Origin: Eledone cirrhosa
Taxonomy: Eukaryota
Length of the DNA stretch: 64,000 bases
Assembly (NCBI GenBank): GCA_964016885.1
Contig: OZ024759.1
Span: 19,530,001-19,594,000 of the forward strand
Direction: 5' to 3'
Below are positions 28,247 to 43,224 of the stretch, piece by piece; the stretch's first letter is position 1; the number at the start of each line of letters is the position of its first letter. The translations under genes were made by a program, and so were the position numbers. Under the pieces are notes generated by a model that made no database searches, was not told the DNA's origin, and was given only the letters and a program-made list of their open reading frames with translations.

Positions 28247-28710
28247 TATCTATCTAAGGCGGGTAAAATTCCCGAGATCCATGGACGAGTTCTCTCCAGC
28301 GGTCTCTGTCCCTCATTATCGCTGCCATATCCTGCATCTCCAACAGACCAGTGTCTGTCCTTAGGGCATCAACATATGTTAACCTTGGTCTTCCTCTTCT
28401 AGTGTGTCCATGTAGGGGCTCCCAAAGGAGCACTGAGTGCAATGTCAACTCTGGATGTCGGTGAGCATGTCCAGCTAACCTCAGTCTCCTCTGTGTCACT
28501 TTTGAGCTGACTTTTGGGATGCTCCCATACAGCTCTGAGTTTTTCATCCTCAGTGTATACTGATTAATGTTCAGAGCCATCCTCAGCATTCTCGTGTAGC
28601 ACCCATCCACCATCTGAGTGAGTCTCTTGGTCAGTGTCCAAGTCTCAGACCCATACAGCAGCACAGACTCCACTACAGCAATGAAGAGGCGGATTTTCAG
28701 GTCTCTACGA
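28247..28710 (-). mobile_element. RTE-group LINE 3' end (second lineage, (TAGA)n tail)
   Basis: ESVLLYGSETWTLTK..RRLRLAGHAHRH..RRGRPRLTYVD..DRDRWR. A near-identical 3' piece lies at about 42275-42452 (+) and a degraded one at about 26460-26570. Confidence 0.9.
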
Positions 28711-29216
28711 ATATATATATATATGTATTATATATATTATATAATACATATATATGTATATATATATTATATATTATATATAATATATAATATATAATAT
28801 ATATATATTATATAATACATATATAATACATATATATATGTATTATATATATTATATAATACATATATATGTATATATATATTATATAATACATATATAT
28901 GTATATATATATTATATAATACATATATATGTATATATATATTATATAATACATATATATGTATATATATATTATATAATACATATATATGTATATATAT
29001 ATCATATATTACATATATATTATATATATGTATATATACATATGATATATATGTGTATATAGATATATATTATATAATGGTTTCTGATATAGGCACAAGG
29101 CCAGCAATTTCTGGGGAGGGGAAAGTCGATTAAATCGACCCCAGTGCATTACTGGTTCTTTATTTTATCGACCCCCATAAGGATGAAAGGCAAAGTTAAC
29201 CTCGGCGAGATTTGAT

Positions 29217-29568
29217 ATCATCATCATCATCATCATCATCATCATTTTACATCCGCTTTTCCCTGCTTGCAAGGGTGGGACGGGAACTGATTCTGGCTTG
29301 ATTTCTACAGCTGGATGCCCTTCCTAACACCAACCTCATTTACAGTGAGTGCTGGGTGCTTTTTTGCCATGGCACCTCCACGACCACTTTGCAGTGGAAT
29401 GATATGGACCCCAGTCCCTATCATCTCATTTCTACAGCTGAGTAAACTGGAGCAATGTGAAATAAAGTGTCTTGCTCAAGGAAACAACACATCACCCGGT
29501 CTGAGAATTGAACTCACAACCTTTCGATTGCAAGCCCAATGCTCTAACCACTAAGCCATGTGCCTCCA
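29217..29568 (-). mobile_element. SINE family A, abutting a family B fragment at 29077-29215
   Basis: Sequence identity to the other copies. Confidence 0.85.
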
Positions 29569-30233
29569 TATGCCTTGATATATATTATATATCATGTGCC
29601 TTGATATATATTATATAATACATATATATTATATATTACATATATATATTATATAATACATATATATTATATATTACATATATATATTATATAATACATA
29701 TATATTATATATATGTGTGTGTATATATATATATATTATATAATGCATACATATATATATATATACATATATATATACATATATATATATATTTACACTA
29801 TATATATATAGGTGTGTGTCTGGCCATATTTGTCTTTACTGCAATATTTTCAAGGTCGATAAATAAAGTGCCAGTCCAGAACTGGTTTTGATTAATTCAT
29901 TTTCAATTCCCCTTTCTCTCCTTTTCTCTCCTTTTCTCTCCTTTTCTCTCCCTTTCTCTCTCTCCCTTTCCCTCTCCCTTCCCCCTTTTCTTTCTTTCTT
30001 TCCTTCTCTCCTCCCCTGTCCTCTTTCCTCCATATCTCTCCCTCGACTCTCTCCCTCCTCTGCCCCCCCCCCCCCGCCTCGCCCCCTCCCCCATCTCTCC
30101 CTCACCCCCTCCCCCATCTCTCCCTCACCCCCTCATCCACTTTCTGTCTTTTCCCTTCTCTCTCCCCTTTCACTGGAATAAAACCAATCCACCATTTTCA
30201 GACAGATTTATAGAATCTATGCAGCTGCAGTAA

Positions 30234-31600
30234 GCAACAACAACAACAACAACAACAACAACGGCAGCAGCAATAACTGCAACAGAAGAAGCAGCAGGAG
30301 CAACAGCAGCTACAACAGCAACACCACTACCACCAACCACAACACCACCACCACCAACCACAACAACAGCAACACCACCAACAACACCATCACTACCAAC
30401 AACAGCAACACCACTACCACCAACCACAACAACAGCAACACCACCAACAACACCATCACTACCAACAACAGCAACACCACTACCACCAACCACAACAACA
30501 GCAACACCAACCACAACAACAGCAACAGCAACACCACCACCACCACCACCACCACCAACCACAACACCACCACCACCAACCACAACACCACCACCACCAA
30601 CCACAACAACACCACCACCAACCACAACACCACCACCACCAACCACAACACCACCACCACCAACCACAACAACAGCAACACCACCACCAACACCACCACC
30701 ACCAACCACAACACCACCACCACCAACCACAACAACAGCAACACCACCACCAACACCACCACCACCAACCACAACACCACCACCAACAACCACAACAACA
30801 GCAACACCACCACCAACACCATCACCACCAACCACAACACCACCACCACAACCACCACAACAGCAACACCACCACCAACACCACCACCACCAACCACAAC
30901 ACCACCACCAACAACCACCACAACAGCAACACCACCACCAACACCACCACCACCAGCCACAACACCACCACCACCAACCACCACAACAGCAACACCACCA
31001 CCAACACCACCACCACCAACCACAACACCACCACCAACAACCACAACAACAGCAACACCACCACCAACACCATCACCACCAACCACAACACCACCACCAC
31101 CAACCACCACAACAGCAACACCACCACCAACACCACCACCACCAACCACAACACCACCACCAACAACCACAACAACAGCAACACCACCACCAACACCATC
31201 ACTACCAACAACAGCAACACCACCAACCACAACACCACCACCACTACCATCAACACCAGCAACACCACCACCAACAACAGCAACACCACCACCACCACCA
31301 CCATCAACACCAGCAACACCACCACCAACAACATCAACACCACCACCACCATCACCAACAACAACAACAGCAATACCACCAACAACAGCAATACCACCAA
31401 CAACAGCAATACCACCAACAGCAACACCACCACCGACCACAACACCACCACCACCACCACCACCACCACCAGCAACAACACCACTACCACCACCAGCAAC
31501 AACACCACCACCACTACCACCACCAACAACAACACCACCACCACTACCACCACCAACAACAACAACACCACCAACAACAACAACAACAGAAGCAGCAGCT
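30234..31600. repeat. Compound (ACC)/(AAC)/(AGC) trinucleotide minisatellite with higher-order blocks
   Basis: The + strand is almost only A and C. Blocks such as ACCACAACAACAGCAACACCACCACCAACACC recur. Confidence 0.9.
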
Positions 31601-32082
31601 ATGTGTAATAAAAATTGATCATTTTTAGTGAATAATTCCAACAGGGAGAGTTGTCTGGCTTATATAAATATGTAGTTATTCCCAATTTAACACTTGTAAT
31701 ATATTTCAGGGTATTGTGTATTGTGTCCCTAGGGAATGGCAAACATTTAAATCAGGCAACAGTCTGTCTTAATTAACTTTTGATTCCCATCCAAATCTAC
31801 CGACTTCAATGTAATCACCATGGAATAAATCTTATCTTATATATATATATATATTTATATATTTCGTTTCTGAATTTGTTTAGCAAGATTCTTTATCTGA
31901 AAACGTGTGTTGAAACCGATATTGTTATACTTTGGGAGGGTCATGTTGCCAATAAGAAACACACGCACCAGTTGCTTTCACTTCAATTTATTATAAATTA
32001 AATTTATAAATTTAGGAATTTATAAATTTCCGGTTAGTTGGTTGGTTGGTTGGTTCCACAACCAGACGATTGTTCATATATT

Positions 32083-32125
32083 GTCAAAGTTCTTTCGTCA
32101 CACATTCTGTGACCTCTTCAGTGAC
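32083..32125 (-). ncRNA. Minimal type I hammerhead-ribozyme-like motif
   Basis: Minus strand GUCA-CUGAAGA-G-GUCAC-agaaugu-GUGAC-GAAA-gaac-UU-UGAC: intact core, helix I GUCA/UGAC, helix II GUCAC/GUGAC. Confidence 0.55.
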
Positions 32126-32224
32126 TGGGGATTATTTTCTTTGTTTTTGTGCCTCTCCTTTGTTCTGTCCTATGCCATTATATGTATATATATATATATT
32201 TTGATTTTTTTTTTTATATTTATT

Positions 32225-32465
32225 TTTATTTGTACCCCTTCCACCGTTTTTCCTCGCCGCCCCCCCCCCCCCTTTTTTTTTCTACATGTCTCTCCCTCAC
32301 TCCCCTACACACCCTTGGAACTCTCTTCCCACACACTTTTCGCCTGAAGAAGGGCTTATGCCCGAAACGTCGTTCCCCACCACCACCCCACTCGCAAGAG
32401 CGTGAAACTAATAAACCTTTGTTCATACTGCCTCTCTGTTTTGTTCCCGTTCCATTTTTCACTAT
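32225..32465 (+). mobile_element. Penelope-like terminal-repeat fragment containing a minimal hammerhead core (32344-32371)
   Basis: CTGAAGA-AGGGC-TTAT-GCCC-GAAA-CG-TC followed by AATAAA. A near-identical copy of about 200 bp lies at 49085-49300. Confidence 0.55.
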
Positions 32466-32552
32466 GTATATATATGTGTATATATATGTATATATATATG
32501 TATATATATATGTATATATATATATATGTATATATATATATGTATATATATG

Positions 32553-32583
<31 letters not shown>

Positions 32584-32584
32584 G

Positions 32585-32615
<31 letters not shown>

Positions 32616-32841
32616 GTATATGTGTATATATATGTATATATATATATGTGTATATATATGTATATATATATATGTGTATATATATGTATATATATATATG
32701 TGTATATATATGTATATATATATATGTGTATATATATGTATATATATATATGTGTATGTATATGTATATATATATGTATGTGTATATGTATATATATATA
32801 TATATATGTATATGTATATATATATGTGTGTGTGTATATGT

Positions 32842-32895
<54 letters not shown>

Positions 32896-32900
32896 ATGTA

Positions 32901-32937
<37 letters not shown>
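32463..32937. repeat. (TA)/TG compound microsatellite
   Basis: Direct inspection. Confidence 0.95.
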
Positions 32938-32938
<1 letters not shown>

Positions 32939-33303
32939 GCTGGTAATAATAAATATTACCCAATTACAAGTAAGAAAATGGCTGAATGTAAAATACCAAT
33001 GTAAAATAATATATATTAAGAAAAAACAATTAAGTTTCATTTAGATATTTTTTTTATTTATTATCGAACTGTTACATACGTTTCACAGATGATTGGCTCA
33101 AGGTTACCTATGGACCTGACCTCAGCATCAATCTGCTTGTCAGTCTTGGTGATTCAACAGAAAACAGAATATACACTGTGGCTATGCTTTAAGTACTCAT
33201 ATTGACACCACCATCATTAATTCACTGAATCACCTATATATATATACTCTTTTACTCTTTTACCTGTTTCAGCCACCCGGCTGAGGCCATGCTGGGGCAC
33301 CGT

Positions 33304-33346
<43 letters not shown>

Positions 33347-33584
33347 CATCATCATCATCGTCGTTTAATGTCTATCTTCCACGCTAGCATGGGTTAGACG
33401 GGAGTTGTCCCACTTGAGGCAAGATTGGTCAGGTAACTGTGTCTCGCTCGTATAGGACTATCTGGCATGTTTTCTACGGCTGGATGCTCTTCCTATCACC
33501 AACCACATTTACAGTGTGGACTGGAAGCTTTTTACCGTGTTATCTATACAACCATATTACAGCATGGACTGATATATATATATA

Positions 33585-33933
33585 TCATCATCATCATCAT
33601 CATCATGTCATTTTACGTCTGCTTTTTCCCTGCTTGCAAGGGTGGGACTGGAACCGATTCTGGCTTGATTTCAACAGCTGGATGCCCTTCCTAACACCAA
33701 CCTCATTTACAGTGAGTGCTGGGTGCTTTTTTGCCGTGGCACCTCCACGACCACTTTGCAGTGGAATGATAGGGACCCCAGTCCCTATCATCTCATTTCT
33801 ACAGCTGAGTAAACTGGAGCAATGTGAAATAAAGTGTCTTGCTCAAGGAAACAACACATCACCCGGTCTGAGAATTGAACTCACAACCTTTCGATTGCAA
33901 GGCCAATGCTCTAACCACTAAGCCATGTGCCTC
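33585..33933 (-). mobile_element. SINE family A, flanked by RTE-tail fragments at 33345-33570 and 33950-34125
   Basis: Sequence identity to the other copies. Confidence 0.85.
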
Positions 33934-34237
33934 GATATATATATAATCTACACTGTAAATGTGGTTGGTGTTAGGAAGGGCATCCAGCTGTAAAAAACCT
34001 GCCAGAGACGCTTCCGTGCGAGCGAGATACGATCTCTTGACCATTCCCGCATCAAATGGAACCAAACCGTCTAACCCATCCTAGCGTGGAAGATGGACGA
34101 TGATATATATAACGATGATGATGATATATATCTCAGATAGGGTGTGGTAAAAACCAAGTAGACCATAACTCACCAGAGTACTCAATACTTGGGGTAGTAG
34201 AAAAGATTCAGGACCCCCGACGGCTGAGTTCGAAACG

Positions 34238-34361
34238 GCCGAAGCTCAGCCGAAGCTCAGCCGAAGCTCAGCCGAAGCTCAGCCGAAGCTCAGCCGAAGC
34301 TCAGCCGAAGCTCAGCCGAAGCTCAGCCGAAGCTCAGCCGAAGCTCAGCCGAAGCTCAGCC
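34238..34361. repeat. Perfect 11-bp tandem repeat (GCCGAAGCTCA) x 11
   Basis: Direct count. Confidence 0.95.
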
Positions 34362-34733
34362 ATCAAAATCCTGAATCTTTTGGATTGTAATGTCCAGTTT
34401 CGGTAGGTTCACCAGAGTAGGTACTAGATGCGCAGTTTCCAGTAAGTATAGATGTGTAGAACTAAGCAGAGTGTAATAACAATAAAAAGGACGATTTGTT
34501 ATGTCTTCATTACGTTTATTGATTAGTGATGTGCGTTTCGCTATTGATCAGCTCAAGGTTTGATCTGTATCGATCTAGACCAACCTCTGAGGTTTGACAA
34601 GTTTTTGATTTCTGAGTCAGGCTAGATCAATACATATCAAACCTTGAGCTGATCAATAACACAACGCATGTTACTACTCAATAAACGTAATGAAGACATA
34701 TAAAATTGCCCTTTTCATTATTATATATATGTG

Positions 34734-34766
<33 letters not shown>

Positions 34767-34825
34767 GTATAAGTGAAATGACAGGAGGCCAAATATGTTG
34801 AACTTCCTTAATTTCTTTATTGTTG

Positions 34826-34890
34826 CAAACACTATACACATTTCAGTGGCCAGGTTGTGTAAGAACCCGGTGACCTCATCAGGTGTAAAT
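34826..34890 (-). ncRNA. Minimal hammerhead-ribozyme-like motif with extended helix II
   Basis: Minus strand ACAC-CUGAUGA-GGU-ca-CCGGGUU-cuuacac-AACCUGG-cc-ACU-GAAA-ugug-UA-ua-GUGU. Confidence 0.5.
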
Positions 34891-35096
34891 TGTGTAATAG
34901 TTGTATTTATGTGTATGTATATATATATATATATATGTTTCCTAAAATGCTCACATGGTTAAGTCTTTAGAATAAGGGACTGTCCATTTTTCTGTTGTTT
35001 TTTTTCATTGTCTTTGTCCTGTGCAGCCCCTATTTTGAACATATACATATGTATATACAAATGTATATATACACTCACACAATATTATTATATTAA

Positions 35097-36080
<984 letters not shown>

Positions 36081-36540
36081 CAAGGGTTTCTAATTCCGGT
36101 GCAATACCAAAAGATTGGATTCAGTTAATGGTGTGACGTAAATTTTATTTCAAGGGAGAGAACTCATGATAGACTATTTGGTTTGTGAGATATTGAAGAA
36201 ATGCAGTATTAAGTACTAGCAAGTTTACATGAGAATCAACTGAATCCACACACACACACATTTATTTTTATTATAAAAAAAAAAACATTGTGATTTTGCA
36301 TCATTAAAACTTTAAAAGAATATTTCGAGTTTGGCCTTCTTCAGTTTTTTGCTTTTAAAAAAAAATTATATATTTAACTCCGTTTCTGCACCATCTATGG
36401 CATACCACATCTACGATGGATGATTTTCATTACGTCGCGTACTTAAGTTTATTATATAATGATTAGCTGACATAAATGAACAGATCTACCCATTGGTAAA
36501 CCACACAACTTAAATTGGGGTGTATCTATCTATTTATCTA

Positions 36541-36577
<37 letters not shown>

Positions 36578-39391
36578 AGTTCATTCGTGAACGAAAACAA
36601 ATTTATGAAGATATAGCTTGAGTTTTGTATCATGGGAGTTCCTCCTGTAAATAAACAAGAGTATCTGTAGAGTAATAAATTGTTCTTAAAAAATATATTA
36701 ATCTTTACTAGGGTATTCTCGTGGTCAACATCCAGTCCACTCTGTCGGGCGGTCGTTTTGGTGACACGATAAAAAAAATACCAAGTTCATCCTGTCAGAT
36801 TGTTTTGGTGTCACGATAAAAAGCACCAAGTCCACCCCGTCACTCATTTTGGTGACACGATAAAAAACACCCGGTCCACGCTGTAATGTGGTTGGCTTTA
36901 GGAAGGGCATTCAACCGTACAAACCAAACCAGAAACAGTTCTGTACCCTAGAAGACTATTTAGTTGGCCTTCATGGTAGCACCAACCCCGTGTTAATCTG
37001 TAATCCCCTATGGTTTCGTAAGGCAACCACTCTGATGTCTGCACCGTAGAGCGGGGCTGGGTGAATACTGAGTTGACCTTAATGGTAGAAGTGGTTCTGA
37101 CCTGGTTGTCAGGCTTCGGGGACACAAGTCGAGACTGGGTCCCCTGTGTGAAGGTGTCTGACCACCGAAAGGGTCAAAATACTTAACTCCTTAGGTGCAA
37201 TAATGTATGTGAAAACAAAAAATAAACAATATAAAAAAATCAAACATAACAGTTGTATTCGAGGGTGGGTTGACTATGAAGGAGTGATGCTAGAGCTGTA
37301 AAATCTAGCATGCATTAATTTCAACTCTATCCAGGTACTATGTTGAAAAATAAATCTTATTTGGTCATTCCATGATAGTATCTTGGTCAGCCTATGAACT
37401 TTTCATCTGGCCCTCGGATGTATAATAATGATTTCTGATTTATGCACAAAGCCAGCAATCGGAAAGGGAGGGGAAAGTCTATTAAATCGAAGCCAGTACA
37501 TTACTGGTACTTTATTTTAACGATCTCGTAAGGATGAAAGGCAGACCTCTGTAGTTACGCTTACCTGTTTGACCTTACCTGGATATCGTAAATAAAAGCA
37601 ATAATGGAGAAATAGAAGATAAAAAAGATTTATATTTAGAAATGGCAGATTATTAAATGTAATATAGGTGAATATAGTTCACACTCCTTTTGTCTTGTCT
37701 ATCTAATCAGTACCTTCACATCGTTTACACTCACACACACATATATATATATTTCTTCGTTGTACTGTCGTTTGCTCCGTTATTTCTGTTTATATTTTAC
37801 ATATTTATTATTAGCACATATTAAACGTTTAAGCAAACCATTTCTGCTTTCACCCTAAAGCGAGATCATTGCAAATATTTGCTCTACGGGTTTAAGAGTA
37901 TGTGTGTGCGCGCTTACACAAAACGTAGGGTGTCGAGGGAAACTGAAATAGGAAGGCCCGTCCAACCCACGCAAACTTGGAAACGTGGACGTAAAATGAT
38001 GATGATTCACACTTTATACACAAACTTTATATACACACTTTATGCACAAACGTTATGCACATAATCAACGCTTATCACTGTTTTTAATTACCCAGTCAAC
38101 ACATATTTATGCTGGTGCCAAGATAATACACCCAGTCTAGTTTGAAAGCGGTCGTGCTGAGGCCACGATAAATTGCATCCAGAGCAACTCTTCAAAGTTG
38201 CAGCGCTGACGATAAAAACGGCAATAAAGTATAAATTGAAATAAAGTGTCTTGCTCAAGAATTTAAAGCGTCGCCATGAATCGAACACTCGACCGTGAGC
38301 CAAACACTCTCATCATTACGGCCACGCGCCATCAGGGACTCTACACTTAACAGTCGGCAGTTGGTTTATCGCGTTCTATGACAAACACGCATTCATTTTA
38401 TTTAATATAAATAAAATTTTCATATTTTTCGTGTCATTAAAGACAAAAGACAAACGTAGAAACTAAGCCAGAAAGAAGAAAATATTTTTAAAATCTTAAA
38501 GCTCGAATCTGATTGGCTAACATGGTTTGCCGCCATACTTAACTCTCTTGCTTCTAAATTTTCTCTTCCCCTTTCAATTACTTTTACCTTTATTATTATT
38601 ATTCTCGCTGGCCCGTTCTTTTTTTTCTCTGATCGTATATATAAAACATACATATATATAAATATATGTATATACGGAAGTATATATATGTGTATATGTA
38701 TGTACATATGTATGTAGCATATATTTTTGGTTTTATCCCGAGGTGGTTAAAAATATACGAATTCTAAGAAAACAAAAGCACATTTGCCAGCGTATAGTCA
38801 ACTATTTTAACCCATTTCTGAGGGCTTAAAGATCACCTATATATATTTAATATTTATATATATCTATATATTCATGCATATATTTAACTTTATGTATTTT
38901 TCTACATACATCTAGCTATTATATATTTATACGTATAATATAATATATAAATATATATATCTCTATGTGACTATATATAAATATCTGTGTATGTATCTAG
39001 CTCTATCTCTATATAGACAGAGCACAGCGGATTTATTTAAACGAAAACGGAACCAAACAGACCACAGATATTTCTATAATATATAATATAATATAATATA
39101 TATATATATATATAAATAGTTTTTGGATCGGCCTACAAAGAGGTAAGTTTCTAAGTTTATAATTTATTCCGATTGTTTTTAACTTTCTGGTTGGAGCCAC
39201 TATTGGGCTAGAAAGCTGATCGATGATATTGGCAGAAAAGTGATACGGGTATAAATATATATGTGTATATGGATATACTGGCATTGATAAATATGGTGGG
39301 TCCGTCAACTCCTTATTATATATGTATATATATATATGTATATTAATGAAAAGATTTTTATAAACAAAATTAAGCACTGCTAACTGTATAA

Positions 39392-39423
<32 letters not shown>

Positions 39424-40034
39424 TGAGAAGATTTTTGTAAACGAAATCGAGTACTGCCAAATGTGTGTGTATATATATATATATATATATGAATATTTAC
39501 TCCAGATCTGTCGAGTGCTCTGAATCAGTTATAAACATTTATATTTGTTGTATTTCCAACAAATTAAATATCCCTTCTACTTATATATATATATGTGTGT
39601 GTGTATGCATGCGTACACACATACACATATATATATACATACACATACATATGTGCGTAATATATATATATATATAATGTAGGAGGTGAGTTTTATTGTA
39701 GCACAATAAAGCAATGCAAATATCGGATAAATAGCACTGAACAGTTTATTGGACTGGAGTATAAATAAGAAGAAATTATATATATATATATATATATCAG
39801 CAGAGATTATATATATATACATTAATTTGTTACGTCTACTCTTTTTATTTGATTCGGTTATGTGTGTGTGTATATATACACACACAGGTATCGGGTAACA
39901 AACAATTCAAGAATGATCGCAACTCGGGTGTAGGATGACAAGAGCAATAAACTTTCTCTCTATATATATACACTCACCTATGTATATGTTTGTGTTTGCG
40001 TTTATATATATATGTGTGTGTGTATGTTTATCTG

Positions 40035-40111
40035 CAGGGTGTCTCCCAAAAATGTTTACATGCTTTTATTAGAATGCTCTTGAAGTGTGTATACATTTTT
40101 GGGACACCCTG
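40035..40111. mobile_element. Tc1/mariner-type mini-MITE
   Basis: CAGGGTGTCTCCCAAAAATGT ... ACATTTTTGGGACACCCTG-TA. Confidence 0.65.
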
Positions 40112-40125
40112 TATATGTGTATATA

Positions 40126-40190
<65 letters not shown>

Positions 40191-40411
40191 ATAATAATAA
40201 ATGTGAAGACTAAAATCCAAAGAGGGCTCGATAAGGATAAATAAATATTAAATATATAAGAACCCTAGAGCAAATATTTATTAAAATAACAGATTCTTTG
40301 CTTAAACTTTAATCTGTTATTTTAATAAATATATATACATATGTATATGTGTATCACACCTCAATAAACTTAATGATGATATTTAGACACCTCGTACCTA
40401 CTCACTATATA

Positions 40412-40467
<56 letters not shown>

Positions 40468-40939
40468 TATATACACACACACACATATATAAAGGGTAAA
40501 ATTGTAACTAATCGTAGAGAGGTATATAGGAGATTATATGAGTGCAAATTAGTTTTATATATACACACAGACACAGAGATGCAGGTAACAAACGGAGCGA
40601 TAAGACTAATCGATCAATCGATATATATGTATAGAAATATTACTAGCTCAGACCATCATTCAACTTAGTACCCTGCAAAAAAAAAGTATAGTGTAGATAT
40701 TATTTTAAGGATTCCCTGCCCTACATTTCAGATCTGTGTTTCGCTACAGTATAAACTTGATCATAGGGCGGAGATTAAACCCCTCTCTTATATATATATA
40801 TATATAAATATATATATATTCAAATGGAGTTTTTTTACTTTTGCTATATATATGTATAATGGGGATTTAGATCGATACTGCTAAAAGCATAGAAGCCATC
40901 GTAATGTGTGTATATGTGTATATATATATGTATATAGTA

Positions 40940-41395
40940 ATAATAATTGTTTCTACTTTTGGCACAAGGCCAGCAATTATCCAGTGCATTACTGGTAATA
41001 ATAATTGTTTCTACTATTGGCACAAGGCCAGCAAATACCCAGAACATTACTAGTACTTTATTTTATCGACCCCGTAAGAATGAAAGGCAAAGTTAACCTC
41101 GGCGGGATTTGAATAATAATAATAATAAATGTGAAAACTAAAATCTGATAAGGATAATATATATATATATATATAAACCGTAGAGAAATTTTTTATTAAA
41201 ATAACAGATTAAAGTTTAAGCAAAGAATCGCTGCTTTCACCCTTAACGGGATCTTCACATTTATTATTATTATTATTATTATTATTAATCCCGTCTAGGT
41301 TAACTTTGCCTTTCATCCTTACGAGGGCGATAAAATAGAGTACCAGTAATACACTGGGTAATTGCTGGCCTTGAGACAAACGTAGAAACAATTAT
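40940..41395. mobile_element. Two head-truncated family B SINE fragments in opposite orientation
   Basis: 40940-41113 (-) and 41285-41395 (+). Confidence 0.7.
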
Positions 41396-42118
41396 TATTA
41401 TTATTACTATTTGGCCCTTCGGTTGAGCACTCCTTGCAGAAACAACACCTTAATATATATATCTATATAAACGATTTATGTAATATCAGCATCTTTTTTA
41501 AATATTCTTATACACACACACACACGTCTTTATATATATGCTTTGGAAACAAATTTTTTATAACAGTTGAGAAAAATGTTTAATGCAGCGTATAATGAAA
41601 AAAAAATCTATTATATGAATCTAAACTATAATAAAGTAAGGAGTATTTATAAATATATATATGTATATATTCTTTTGTTTACTATTTTTTACAAAATGGG
41701 TATTTGAGAGAGCAGCCGGGCAGGTTTTTGTAAGGGGTGTGGTTTAAACGGTTAAAGTTAAGTTCTATTCAGTGAGTTTCTCAAGAATCCGTCCTGTGTT
41801 TTATTTGTCTTCAAATATATCAATCAACGCTACCGTTTGACTTTCACCATCGACCTCATCACTTTTGCTAATGTCTAAACATTTTTTTTTTTTTTTCTTT
41901 CATTGATACGAACCTGGCACCAAGCCACCTCTGTTTCTATAAAACAAAACCCTCTCGCTTTTAAAGGGTTCTTATTTAATTAAAGTTAAGTTTTTCAACT
42001 TAATCAGATAATATAACACGTGTTTGTATATTTTGTAACTTAAAAAAAAAAAAAACTTATACATATATACATACATGATGGCTGCAACTCGATTTTGAGT
42101 AATGCTGTCGCTTGATAC

Positions 42119-42482
42119 TTAACCCTTTAGCATTTAAACCGGCCATATCCTGTTCAAATTGGCCGTAACTGGCCACTCATACTTATGTTAAGATATTGTT
42201 CTCCAAATAAATATCAAAATTTCATAGATTTGATATTATATGAGATAGCTATGTGAAATAAAGCGTTTACCATGAGAGCCCCTACATGGACACACTAGAA
42301 GAGGAAGACCAAGGTTAACATATGTTGATGCCCTAAGGACAGACACTGGTCTGTTGGAGATGCAGGATATGGCAGCGATAATGAGGGACAGAGACCGCTG
42401 GAGAGAACTCGTCCATGGATCTCGGGAATTTTACCCGCCTTAGATAGATAGATATAGAGTAATGTAAATACTAAAGGGTTAA
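42119..42482. mobile_element. piggyBac-like MITE with a nested RTE 3' fragment (about 42275-42452)
   Basis: TTAACCCTTTAGCATTTA ... TAAATACTAAAGGGTTAA. The insert matches the reverse complement of 28250-28420 and ends in TAGATAGATAGA. Confidence 0.8.
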
Positions 42483-43224
42483 GCATGAGCAGCACAGTCG
42501 TGGCTTTTTAGTCTTGCTAGGGACTTGCACAGACGTTGCAACAACGAAGGCCTCTCAAATACATAGAATGGATTTCCTATATCAGTCATGTTGTTATAAT
42601 AATAAAGTTCCCTTCCCAGTCATGGGTTCTAACCCTACATCTGTCCCCGTTATTTCTCCAAAGTTACTCACCCATTTAATCCTGTAATTTGTACATACAT
42701 GCTTAACATTAAACTATTCTTCACCCACATATTCCTGAGAGGGTCGGGGGGGGGGGGGGGGGGCAGAGTCTTCAAACACTCCTTCCAGTGGGTCCTGTCA
42801 GAAGCAACCGTCTCCAAAGGATCCGGTTGAATCCCCAAGCGTGAACAGCCAAGTTTATGGATGTTATCCAAACATCTTGCTTGGGGTCTACTAAAACTAT
42901 TTAAATATTATTTTTAACCCGAACACATTAAACTATAGGGTTTCTCTAATGCAAACCCATTTTGTATGATTGTTCATATAACCATTAATTCTGTTATATA
43001 TGGGCCTCACATGTGGCAGTAATCAGCATAGGCTATAGGGTTTCTATTATGCAAACCACTGATTTATGAAAACATATCTTAGTTTGCATGATTGCTTATA
43101 TATCCAGCAATCCTGGTTTATATGGCCTCCCATGTGGCAGTAATCAAGTTAGGCTATAGGCTTTCTCTTTTGCAAACTATGGATTTATTAAAATATATAT
43201 CTGTTTGTATGACTGTTTATATAT

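Noticed and set aside
30170-31641. Gly/Val-rich minus-strand ORFs resembling glycine-rich structural proteins
   Set aside because: Antisense reading of an ACC/AAC repeat; open in multiple frames, with a register shift.
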